Source of the DNA: Dehalococcoidia bacterium
GTDB lineage: Bacteria > Chloroflexota > Dehalococcoidia > Lucifugimonadales > SAR202-VII-2
Direction: 5' to 3'
DNA: 64,000 bases
NCBI GenBank assembly: GCA_965263165.1
Contig: OZ253584.1
Location: forward strand, 245,785-309,784
Made by a program: the position numbers and the translations under genes
Notes under the pieces: model-generated
What the model saw: the letters and a program-made list of their open reading frames with translations, nothing else
The model's database searches: none
Told to the model about the DNA's origin: nothing
In this document: positions 30,617 through 38,699 of the stretch, piece by piece
Layout of the letters: every line of letters begins with the position of its first letter
Numbering within the stretch: the stretch's first letter is position 1

Positions 30617-30991
30617 TCAAGGAGCCGATGCCACTTCTGGGCCGAGATTGTTGTCACCCGGTTCCAGTTCGTTTTCCCTGATTTCTCCATCTTTGGTAAT
30701 AGTGAATCGACGCCCATCGAACAGGCTTTCCATAATCATGTAGATGTGGTCGTCTGCACGAACTACGATTTCCTGCTTCACGGGCGGGTTGAACTTTACT
30801 TTGAAGCTCACGCCAGTTATCGAATACCCGTGGGCGGGGTACTTTGGGTAGTCTGGCACTGTCAATATGCTGCCCTCTGGGAACTGAATGTCGTACTCGT
30901 CCTTGTCCGGGTGTCTGCTCCATTCTTCATCGGTTATCTTCTGAAGGGTCTCAGCTTCCTGCCCAAGAATTCCGATGAAGATCTGGTTCAA
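30617..30991 (-). CDS. hypothetical protein (124 aa), lower-GC patch
   Basis: Only long ORF with non-biased composition in this stretch. It lies 9 nt downstream of the Mrr-like gene. No motif recognised. Confidence 0.45.
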   Translation of the reverse strand: MNQIFIGILGQEAETLQKITDEEWSRHPDKDEYDIQFPEGSILTVPDYPKYPAHGYSITGVSFKVKFNPPVKQEIVVRADDHIYMIMESLFDGRRFTITKDGEIRENELEPGDNNLGPEVASAP

Positions 30992-31000
30992 CCGGAGAGA

Positions 31001-31546
31001 TCAATGGATCGGGCCTCCCTGATAGGATTGCTCGTCGGGACCGGGCTTAGGTGCGGTCAGGCGGAAGTGGATGTCGTATATCTCGGTTTGATCCACCATC
31101 AGCGTGATATGAACCTCTCTGATGTAGCCGTCCCAGTCCTTGTCCAGCGGTTTCCTCAACTCGACCAGCCCAATGTTTTTGGACTCTGCGTAGGACCTGC
31201 CAGGACCCGTGAAGCCCATCTTGGAGACGATTACGCCTTTGTTCAGGTTCGCGTCTTGAAGTATCTGGGCGAAGTCCCTAACTACAGGTAGGCCCACCTT
31301 CGCGTTCCAGTTCTTGCACGAGATGGCCGTTCTGTACTGATGCAGGCCATCGCTGTGTTTCGTCAAGACGTCGATCTGGTGGAAAACGCCGGGCGGTCCT
31401 TCGACCCGGCATGAACTGCCCCAGCACTCGATTGTCACTCCACTGGCCCGTCCTAAAGCTTGATAGATGTCCTTCACCAATTCCTCGTAGTCTTGCCAGC
31501 GGACATCACTTGGCTCAGGGGCAGAACGTCCACCAAGTCTTGCCAT
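31001..31546 (-). CDS. Mrr_cat-type restriction endonuclease domain protein (PD-(D/E)xK), stand-alone
   Basis: WQDYEELVKDIYQALG...FHQIDVL...AISCKNW...VVRDFAQIL...GVIVSKMGFTGPGRSYAE follows the Mrr catalytic-domain pattern (FE..V..L; D; (Q/S)CK; vr.f; F.T..A). Confidence 0.7.
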   Translation of the reverse strand: MARLGGRSAPEPSDVRWQDYEELVKDIYQALGRASGVTIECWGSSCRVEGPPGVFHQIDVLTKHSDGLHQYRTAISCKNWNAKVGLPVVRDFAQILQDANLNKGVIVSKMGFTGPGRSYAESKNIGLVELRKPLDKDWDGYIREVHITLMVDQTEIYDIHFRLTAPKPGPDEQSYQGGPIH

Positions 31547-31579
31547 CTTCTTCTCCTTTGCTAATAGGGCTAGTACAAA

Positions 31580-32512
31580 CTACCAGGGGCCAACCGCTGC
31601 CACCGCTGGTATCGGCTTCCGCCTGCGCCCCGGCATGTCCGATGCGACCATTTGGGGGCCGAGGGCGGCGGCGTAGCTTTCGGGCACCGCGACGACGACG
31701 ACCCTCGCCAGCTTCCCCATACGGATGACGGGCCGGGCCAGGGCGGCGTAGCCGCCGCCCTGAGCGAAGCGCGCCGTGCCGTAGCGGGCGGCCTGCTCGG
31801 CCAGGGAGCCGGGGGGTATGGGCCTGCCCCAACGGGGGACGCCGCCACGCTCCCCGCAGATGGGGAAGTCGCTCGGCGTCCCGAATCCCCGCGTCCGCCG
31901 GGCGACCTTTACCCGGAGGTCAGGCGAATCGGCCCGATCTTTGGAGTCTCTCCCGTCCTCCCTCGCGTACAGGACCACCATGAGGGGCGGGTCGCGCAGC
32001 ACCTCGGCCAGCCGGATGGACACGGCGGCGTAGGAGCAGCGGAAAGCCCGCTGCAACTTCAGCACGTCCAGCCCCCACTCCAGGGCCAGCGGCTCGAAGG
32101 CCCTCGGCTGCATCAGGACCGCCGCCGCGAAGCGTTCGGCCTGCGTGCACACCTTCCGGTCCGGCGGAGAGCCGGACTCCATGTCGCAGAGGGTCTCGTA
32201 GATGATCTCGTAGGTCTCGTGGATCACCGAGTAGTCCTGCGTTCCCTCCCACAGGTCCTCCCGGTAGTGGATGTCGTAGCCGCCCCCCGGCGCGCTGTAG
32301 TGGATGCCCTTCGCGTCCATGTGCCTACTGCCCGATACTTCGCCGAACCCGGCCCGTTTCAGCAGGGCCTTGATCTGCTCCATCGTGGGACGGGCTGGCA
32401 CGTCGAAGTAGCGCACGAAGCGAGCGGCGAGGGTCTCCGGGTCCAGGGCCTTTTGGGGGCGGTCGTCCAGCAGTATGCGGCAGAAGTCCTCTCTCGTCCT
32501 GTTCATGCTCAC
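31580..32512 (-). CDS. ImmA/IrrE-family (COG2856, DUF955) metallopeptidase-like protein
   Basis: It sits directly after an XRE gene. The region VIHETYEIIYETLCD...ERFAAAVLMQPRAF resembles the ImmA/IrrE core, but the HExxH reads HETYE. Start is GTG 32512 or ATG 32506. Confidence 0.65.
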   Translation of the reverse strand: MSMNRTREDFCRILLDDRPQKALDPETLAARFVRYFDVPARPTMEQIKALLKRAGFGEVSGSRHMDAKGIHYSAPGGGYDIHYREDLWEGTQDYSVIHETYEIIYETLCDMESGSPPDRKVCTQAERFAAAVLMQPRAFEPLALEWGLDVLKLQRAFRCSYAAVSIRLAEVLRDPPLMVVLYAREDGRDSKDRADSPDLRVKVARRTRGFGTPSDFPICGERGGVPRWGRPIPPGSLAEQAARYGTARFAQGGGYAALARPVIRMGKLARVVVVAVPESYAAALGPQMVASDMPGRRRKPIPAVAAVGPW

Positions 32513-32958
32513 TCCAGCAGCCTCTTGTTGGCGAATCGCTCGTACATCTCGACGATGAACCGCTTGGTCTTCAGGGTGATGGGGCCGTCGGGCCGGGTGC
32601 CCACGCGGAACACGGGGTCGGCCAGCACGTACTGGTAGGCCCGCTCGATCTCCATCGCCTCGCCGCTGTAGGGGTCGGGCTGGCCCACTCGCCCGGCCCG
32701 CTTCATAAGCTCCTGCTCATCCACGTTGTAGAGGGCGGCCAGCTTGCCAATCATGTTGGAGCCGGGCTTCCGGCCACCCCGCTCTATCTGGGAGAGGTAG
32801 GAGCTGGAGATGCCTGTGCGCCGGGTCACGTCCCGCAGGCTGAGGTCTCCCCGCAGCCGTCTCAGCAGCGGTCCGATTTCGTCATCGCCCTCGATTGCCT
32901 CTCGGTCGTCCATCTCCCGGTCGTCGTCATGGTCGTCCATGATGTCTCCCTCTTGCAT
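32509..32958 (-). CDS. XRE-family HTH repressor (ImmR-like)
   Basis: LRRLRGDLSLRDVTRRTGISSSYLSQIERGGRKPGSNMIGKLAALYNV. Confidence 0.85.
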   Translation of the reverse strand: MQEGDIMDDHDDDREMDDREAIEGDDEIGPLLRRLRGDLSLRDVTRRTGISSSYLSQIERGGRKPGSNMIGKLAALYNVDEQELMKRAGRVGQPDPYSGEAMEIERAYQYVLADPVFRVGTRPDGPITLKTKRFIVEMYERFANKRLLE

Positions 32959-33002
32959 CCGTAGTTGCGAACAGCGTCGCGCACGGCGTGCCTGCTACAT
33001 CG

Positions 33003-33022
33003 CAGCTAACTTACAGCTAACT
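33003..33022 (+). promoter_or_regulatory. direct repeat CAGCTAACT x2 in the divergent control region
   Basis: CAGCTAACT at 33003-33011 and 33014-33022, between the divergent XRE genes. Confidence 0.4.
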
Positions 33023-33228
33023 AATTGTTACATCAGAGCGAGCAATTGTCAATAAAGCCTTCTTACAAGCCTCAATACCGTCTTTTCTCCATTGCCTCTG
33101 TCCGCTATATATTGCTACACTTACGCCAACAGAACAAAGTATCGTATTTCGATCCGAGTATACATCACCGACGCCCGCTAGGGCCACACCCTCGCGGCGC
33201 TCCGAACCCCACGAGAGAGACGGACCGC

Positions 33229-33402
33229 GTGAATAGCAAGCGAAAGCGGAAGCTGACGGACAGGCAGGAGCGGAGGCGCATCGAGGGCCTGCGGATACTG
33301 GCCCGCATCATCGCGCGCCACTACCTGGCCAACCCCCACCTGTACCGCAACGGCGCAGACGGGGACGGCTCGCAGTCGGCTCGGAAGGAGGACGAGGCGT
33401 GA
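33229..33402 (+). CDS. small basic protein (57 aa), tentative
   Basis: GTG start, VNSKRKRKLTDRQERRRIEGLRILARIIARHYL. GTGA overlap with the next gene. Weak support. Confidence 0.3.
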   Translation: MNSKRKRKLTDRQERRRIEGLRILARIIARHYLANPHLYRNGADGDGSQSARKEDEA

Positions 33403-33641
33403 AGCGCAGGCAACCCTCATCGCGAGTCAAGCTCAACCCCCACGCCGTGTGGGAGCTTCTGAACCGGCTCAACATGACCCAGAACGAGCTGGCGCGGCTG
33501 GTCGGCACCTCATCCGGCTACCTGTCCCAGCTGATGTCCGGGACTCGCTGCCCCTCGGCGGACATGCGCAAGCGGCTCATGGAGGCCCTGGGCGTCACCC
33601 GATTCGAGGACCTGTTCATCCTGGAGCAGGTCCATGTGTAG
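33399..33641 (+). CDS. XRE-family HTH protein
   Basis: LNMTQNELARLVGTSSGYLSQLMSGTRCPSADMRKRLMEALGV. Confidence 0.8.
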   Translation: MKRRQPSSRVKLNPHAVWELLNRLNMTQNELARLVGTSSGYLSQLMSGTRCPSADMRKRLMEALGVTRFEDLFILEQVHV

Positions 33642-33948
33642 CGAAGTCCCCACCTCGTCCGATTCCCCGCTCATTCCGCCCGGCGTTGCTCTGATGCCCG
33701 ATGACTTCCCCGAACGGCTGGAGGCGGTCAGAACGCTGTTCGACCTCAACTGTGAGGAGATGGCCGTGGCGCTGGGCGTGGACCCACGTCAGCTGATGCG
33801 CTGGCGCATCAAGGGCGGCGGTCCCAACGGTGGCGCGATGCTGGCCCTGGTGCGGCTGGCGATCCGGTCACCGGAGGGTCTGGCGAAGCTGCTGGACGAG
33901 GACGTGATCGTGATCTTCAAACCGAGGAGGAGTGACAATGGCAACTGA
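33634..33948 (+). CDS. PFPEDF-HTH module protein A (1 module)
   Basis: PDDFPERLEAVRTLFDLNCEEMAVALGVDPRQLMRWRIKGGGPNGGAMLALVRLA. Overlaps the upstream stop. Confidence 0.6.
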   Translation: MCSEVPTSSDSPLIPPGVALMPDDFPERLEAVRTLFDLNCEEMAVALGVDPRQLMRWRIKGGGPNGGAMLALVRLAIRSPEGLAKLLDEDVIVIFKPRRSDNGN

Positions 33949-34516
33949 CGAGAGAAATCGGACCTTGGACCTTCGCCCGCCGCCCTTTCCCGAGGAATTC
34001 GGGCAGAGGCTGGAGGGCCTGAAGGATATGACCGGGCTGTCGTGGGGTGAGTTCGCCGAGCTTCTCGGCGTCACCGAGCGCGGCCTGTTGAAGTGGCGCA
34101 GGGGAGGGCCGCCGTCGGGGGCCTACTTCTGGGCCATCATGGAGGTGGCGCGGGGCGTTCCCGGGGGCTTCGACCTGATGCTGGACGGCGACACCGACAC
34201 GGAGAAGTGTAGGAACATCAAGGGAGGTAGGAGCATGGTCATGGACGAAGGAGAGCGCATCGAGGACTTTCGCGCCGGGCCGTTTCCGGAGGACTTTCCG
34301 GCGTACTTGGGACGGCTGGAGGACCTGTCGGGGATTTCGCTTGAGGAGTTCGCCGATTGGTTGGGCCTGCCGGAAGAGCGGCCAGGGGAGTGGCGCAGCG
34401 GGGCTATACCCACCGGGGACGAGATGTGCGCCATGATCCATTGGGCCTGCCGCGTTCCCGGAGGCCTGTCGGTGCTGCTGACTGGCGATCCCTACTCCCT
34501 GACGGTAAGGGAGTAG
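33938..34516 (+). CDS. PFPEDF-HTH module protein B (2 modules)
   Basis: PFPEEFGQRLEGLKDMTGLSWGEFAELLGVTERGLLKWRRGGPPSG...ARGVPGG and PFPEDFPAYLGRLEDLSGISLEEFADWLGL...CRVPGG. ATG 33938 lies 7 nt after GAGGAGG. Confidence 0.65.
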   Translation: MATDERNRTLDLRPPPFPEEFGQRLEGLKDMTGLSWGEFAELLGVTERGLLKWRRGGPPSGAYFWAIMEVARGVPGGFDLMLDGDTDTEKCRNIKGGRSMVMDEGERIEDFRAGPFPEDFPAYLGRLEDLSGISLEEFADWLGLPEERPGEWRSGAIPTGDEMCAMIHWACRVPGGLSVLLTGDPYSLTVRE

Positions 34517-34520
34517 GACG

Positions 34521-34802
34521 GTGGGACGCCGGCAGGAATGGGTATACCACGTGGAGCCTGAGGAGTTCCCCCAGGACTTCCCTGAAAGGCTGGAACGCTT
34601 CAAGCAGGCTGCCGGGCTGACTTGGCGGGGGCTGGCCCGCCTCCTGAAGGTCAACGCCCGCTTGGTGCGCCGGTGGAAGGCCGGAGCCAAGCCCGGCCCC
34701 GGCCACCTGGTCAACCTGTTCGACCTGGCGGCCGGGATGGGGCTGCTGCACATCCTACTGCCGTCGGTGGGTGAGCCGGAGACCGCCGTGGGGGAGGACT
34801 GA
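34521..34802 (+). CDS. PFPEDF-HTH module protein C (1 module)
   Basis: EFPQDFPERLERFKQAAGLTWRGLARLLKVNARLVRRWKAGAKPGPGHLVNLFDLA. GTG start after GGGAG. Confidence 0.6.
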   Translation: MGRRQEWVYHVEPEEFPQDFPERLERFKQAAGLTWRGLARLLKVNARLVRRWKAGAKPGPGHLVNLFDLAAGMGLLHILLPSVGEPETAVGED

Positions 34803-34832
34803 GGGCGAGCGGGGCAAAGGCAACGGGTTCTC

Positions 34833-36547
34833 ATTAGCCCGAATCCACCGAAAGACGACTTTGGGGACAGTCCTTGAAGAAGCCAGAGGGTGCTCCTCTG
34901 AATCTGGGAGAATGGTTTTGAAACAGAAAACCGCCCGGAAACAAGGAGCACCCAGTAGATGCTGCCACAGAACAATCCCGACCGTATCGGCGTCGTCTTT
35001 GACGACCACCGCCTGGTGGCCAATGCCGGCCTGCTCCTGCCGGCCACCCTTGCACAGCACCTGGGCCTGCGGGAACTCGTCGACCATCACCTCGACCTCG
35101 GCTGCGCACCGGGGCGGGCGAACACGGGGGACAAACTGCTGACGCTGGTCGCTTCCGCGCTGGCGGGCGGCGACTTCATCGACGACGCCGATGCGCTGCG
35201 TGCTGGTGGGACGGTCGGTGTTCTCGGCTGCGTGGTCAAGGCGCCATCCACCCTGGGCACCTTCCTGCGCAGCTTCCGGTGGGGGCATGTCCGTCAACTC
35301 GACCGGGTGAGCCGCCAGTTGCTGGCACGCGCATGGGCCGCTGGGGCCGGACCCGGCGACTCGCCCCTGACCATCGACCTGGACTCCACCATCTGCGAGA
35401 CCTATGGACTGGACAAAGAAGGGGCGCGACACCACAACTACACCGGCGCGCGGGGCTATCACCCACTGCTGGCCATCGCCGCCGGAACCGGCGATGTGCT
35501 GATGTCCCGGCTGCGCGAGGGCCGTGCTAACACCGCTCGCGGCGCTGCCCACTTCCTGCGTGAAACGGTGGGGCGGGTGCGCTACGGTGGGGCCAGCGGC
35601 CAACTCACGGTGCGCGCCGACAGCGGCTTCTACGCCCACGCTCTCGTCGCCGTCTGCCGCGAGATGGGTGTCCGCTTCTCCATCACCATCCGCCAGCACA
35701 AAGGCCTGCGGGAGTTGATTGAGGCGATCCCCGAGCAGGACTGGACGCCGATTCCCTACTGGATGGACGGCGCCGCCGATGTGGCCGAGACCACCTATAC
35801 CCCCTTCCAGAGTGAACCCGACGCCGCGCCGGTGCGGCTCATCGTCCGGCGGGTGAAGCCCACGCCCGGTTCCCAGTTGGCCCTCTTCGCCACCTACAGC
35901 TATCACGGCTTCATCACCGACCGGAACGGGGAAACCCTGGAACTGGAGGCCGATCATCGCCGCCACGCCGAGATCGAGAACGCCATTCGAGACCTGAAAC
36001 ACGGCGTCGGACTCAACCATCTCCCCTCGGGGCGCTTCGCCGCCAACGGCGCCTGGCTGGCGGTGCAGGTGATGGCACACAACCTCGCCCGCTGGACAGC
36101 GCGCATCGGTCTGGCCGAACGGACCGTGACCACCAAGACCCTCAGGCGGCGGGTCTTCGCTCTGGTGGGACGGATCACCCGCTCGGCGCGCCGCCTTACC
36201 CTGCATCTTCCCCAGCATTGGCCTTGGGAAACCCAGTTCACTCGCGCCATGGCCCGGCTGCGAGCCATTCCACTCCCCGCCTGAACTGCCAGCCTGCAAC
36301 TGACCCAACTTCCCTGCAAACTCGTGCCACCCCGGTCGCGCGAGAGTTCCCTGCTGCGTATTCTCTCGCCATCCCGCGCATCGCAGCTCCCGCAGAGGGC
36401 CATAGGGGCCCTATGCGGCGACTGAAGACCGTTCGCCGACCTCCAATCTACCCCAATGAGCCCAGCCATCTCCCCTGTAGCTCCCTCACCCACCCTGCCG
36501 CTGTCCTCACGCCGTCCATAGGTGTCCTTCGGTGGATTCGGGATTAG
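34833..36547 (+). mobile_element. IS1380-family insertion sequence
   Basis: Imperfect terminal IRs: TTAGCCCGAATCCACCGAAAGA (about 34834-34855) and the reverse complement of 36526-36547 (TAATCCCGAATCCACCGAAGGA). Exact ends are +/- a few nt; no clear TSD. Confidence 0.7.
34959..36284 (+). CDS. IS1380-family DDE transposase
   Basis: 441 aa. ...LTIDLDSTICETYG...YTGARGYHPLLA...VRADSGFY...ADHRRHAEIENAIRDLK is a characteristic IS1380 pattern. Confidence 0.9.
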   Translation: MLPQNNPDRIGVVFDDHRLVANAGLLLPATLAQHLGLRELVDHHLDLGCAPGRANTGDKLLTLVASALAGGDFIDDADALRAGGTVGVLGCVVKAPSTLGTFLRSFRWGHVRQLDRVSRQLLARAWAAGAGPGDSPLTIDLDSTICETYGLDKEGARHHNYTGARGYHPLLAIAAGTGDVLMSRLREGRANTARGAAHFLRETVGRVRYGGASGQLTVRADSGFYAHALVAVCREMGVRFSITIRQHKGLRELIEAIPEQDWTPIPYWMDGAADVAETTYTPFQSEPDAAPVRLIVRRVKPTPGSQLALFATYSYHGFITDRNGETLELEADHRRHAEIENAIRDLKHGVGLNHLPSGRFAANGAWLAVQVMAHNLARWTARIGLAERTVTTKTLRRRVFALVGRITRSARRLTLHLPQHWPWETQFTRAMARLRAIPLPA

Positions 36548-36713
36548 ACGCAACGAGGGCCGGGCGGGATAAACCGTCCGGCCCTCTCTTTTTGTCTTGG
36601 AGGAGAGGCGCTCGTAGTGGTATTGTTAGGTCTGGACCATCCCGAAGGGAAGCCCTGCAAAGCGGGGTTTGGACGAGGAGACAATCACAGACAAAGACCG
36701 AGGAGGTGGCGAT

Positions 36714-37010
36714 ATGGCTGTCGAAGGACGTGAAGGGAGCACTAGGAAGCAACGGCGAACCCCCTTTCCCGAGGACTTCGGGGAGCGGCTGGAACGCCTG
36801 TTGAAGATGGCCGAGCTGTCGCCGCAGGAGTTGGCCGAGCTTCTCGGCGTGATGGAGCCCACCGTGCGGAGGTGGCTCAGGGGAGGGGAGCCCAAGGGGT
36901 TCAACTACCTGGCCATTATGAGGCTGGCGCGCGGCGTCCCCGGTGGCCTCAATCTGATGCTCTACGGCGACCCGGAATCGGAGGGCGACAGACTCGGAGG
37001 GGACCGATGA
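36714..37010 (+). CDS. PFPEDF-HTH module protein D (1 module)
   Basis: PFPEDFGERLERLLKMAELSPQELAELLGVMEPTVRRWLRGGEPKGFNYLAIMRLARGVPGG. ATG 36714 follows GGAGGTGG. ATGA overlap with the next gene. Confidence 0.65.
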   Translation: MAVEGREGSTRKQRRTPFPEDFGERLERLLKMAELSPQELAELLGVMEPTVRRWLRGGEPKGFNYLAIMRLARGVPGGLNLMLYGDPESEGDRLGGDR

Positions 37011-38668
37011 AAGCGGGCCAAGTAGCACTTCAACAACTCTTGAATGGGAAGATTCAATATCGCGTACCTTTATTTCAGCGAACTTACAGCTGGGGCGAAG
37101 ACCAGTGGTACAGACTGTGGGCGGATGTGTTGGAAATCTACGGGATGGAAGAGCCTAGGAATCACTTCATAGGAGCGGTTGTCACCCAGCCCATTATCGA
37201 CGCGGCTGGATTCACGACAAAATATCTTCTGATTGACGGACAGCAGCGGTTGACGACGCTCTTTATCATCCTAGCCTGTATTCGCAAGTCAGCATCCCAC
37301 GTAGCGTCACTCCCCGATCTTGTGGACGAGATATGGGAAACCTGTCTTGTGAATAAGTTTGCGCCTGCTAGTGATGACTTCCTCAAGCTTCGCCCCACAC
37401 AGAGAGACCGCCAGACTTTTCGCGCTTCAATCGATGGTGAAGTTGCTAACCAAGGTGGGCAAGTGACCGCCGCCTTCAGGTATTTCTCAGAAAGAATCGC
37501 TGAAGGCGACTTGGAGGAGCATCCCCTATACTTGCGCCAATTGAAGTTGTGCATCACTGACCGCCTCGATTTGGTAAGCGTCACTTTGGAAACTGAAGAC
37601 AGTCCTCATCGAATCTTTGAAAGCTTGAACAACACCGGTATGCACCTCGGCTCTTCCGACCTCATTCGCAATCTCATCTTCATGAGCATTTCGGGAGAGG
37701 AAGAGACACAAGACGCATATGACCGGTACTGGTTTCCGATGCAGGAGGCAACGGGCAACCGTCTCGACGATTTCTTCTGGCATCACCTCATGATGGACGG
37801 GAGTCTCCCAAGACAAAGCGAAACGTTTGAAGAGGTTAGGAAACGTTTCGGCTCTGGGGACACTCCTCGGGCAGTCGAGATGTTGATACAGTTCTCCAAG
37901 TTCGCCCGATACTATCGCTGGCTCTGCGGGATTGGAGATGAAGAGCCGGAAGGCTCATTGCTACGACAGATCAAACGGCTCAATACCTGGGAGGTCAATG
38001 TTGCCTACCCCTTCCTGATGCGGTCGCTGGATTGGGTAGACGGAGGAAGGATCAGCACCAGCGACCTAGCAAGTGTTATGAAGATGATCGAGTCCTTCGT
38101 AGTGCGTAGAGCGGTCTGTAACGTGCCTACGAACCGACTACGTGGCATCTTCGGTCGTATGTCGGGGCAAATCGACTCGTCGGACTTCGTTGCTTCATCA
38201 GGCGAGTATTTGCTCGCCAACCACTGGCCGACTGACGAGGAGTTCAACCACGCGTTCGTGGGATACCACGTTTACTCCCGGCGCCTAGCCAGGACCCGGC
38301 TGATCCTAGGATCATTGGAAGAGTCTTTTGGCCACAAGGAATCCCCCCAGATCACCGAGGAAATCACCGTAGAGCATGTGATGCCCCAAACCCTGACGAC
38401 TGACTGGGGGGAAATGCTGGGTCCTCGTGCGGTCGACATCCATTCACAGTGGTTGCACACACCTGGAAACCTTACGCTGACGGGTTACAATCCGGAATTG
38501 GGAAACGCCTCCTTCTACGAGAAGAAGGCGTTGTTGGAAAGTGCGAAGTTTTCGTTGACCCACGCGATTCTCAAGTGTGATCGTTGGGACGAGAACGCGA
38601 TCAAGACCCGGGGTGAGGCGCTTGCCGAGAGGGCAGTCCAGATTTGGAGTAGGGCGCCGCGTCTCTGA
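37007..38668 (+). CDS. DUF262 + DUF1524 protein (GmrSD/BrxU/SspE-like type IV restriction-type enzyme)
   Basis: N-terminal YRVPLFQRTYSW...IDGQQRLTTL (DUF262 DGQQR motif) and C-terminal TVEHVMPQT...NLTL (His-Me/DUF1524-like). Real start is ATG 37007. Lower-GC patch. Confidence 0.85.
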   Translation: MKAGQVALQQLLNGKIQYRVPLFQRTYSWGEDQWYRLWADVLEIYGMEEPRNHFIGAVVTQPIIDAAGFTTKYLLIDGQQRLTTLFIILACIRKSASHVASLPDLVDEIWETCLVNKFAPASDDFLKLRPTQRDRQTFRASIDGEVANQGGQVTAAFRYFSERIAEGDLEEHPLYLRQLKLCITDRLDLVSVTLETEDSPHRIFESLNNTGMHLGSSDLIRNLIFMSISGEEETQDAYDRYWFPMQEATGNRLDDFFWHHLMMDGSLPRQSETFEEVRKRFGSGDTPRAVEMLIQFSKFARYYRWLCGIGDEEPEGSLLRQIKRLNTWEVNVAYPFLMRSLDWVDGGRISTSDLASVMKMIESFVVRRAVCNVPTNRLRGIFGRMSGQIDSSDFVASSGEYLLANHWPTDEEFNHAFVGYHVYSRRLARTRLILGSLEESFGHKESPQITEEITVEHVMPQTLTTDWGEMLGPRAVDIHSQWLHTPGNLTLTGYNPELGNASFYEKKALLESAKFSLTHAILKCDRWDENAIKTRGEALAERAVQIWSRAPRL

Positions 38669-38699
38669 ACTATTCGTCGGCGCAGTTATACCCTCCGCC

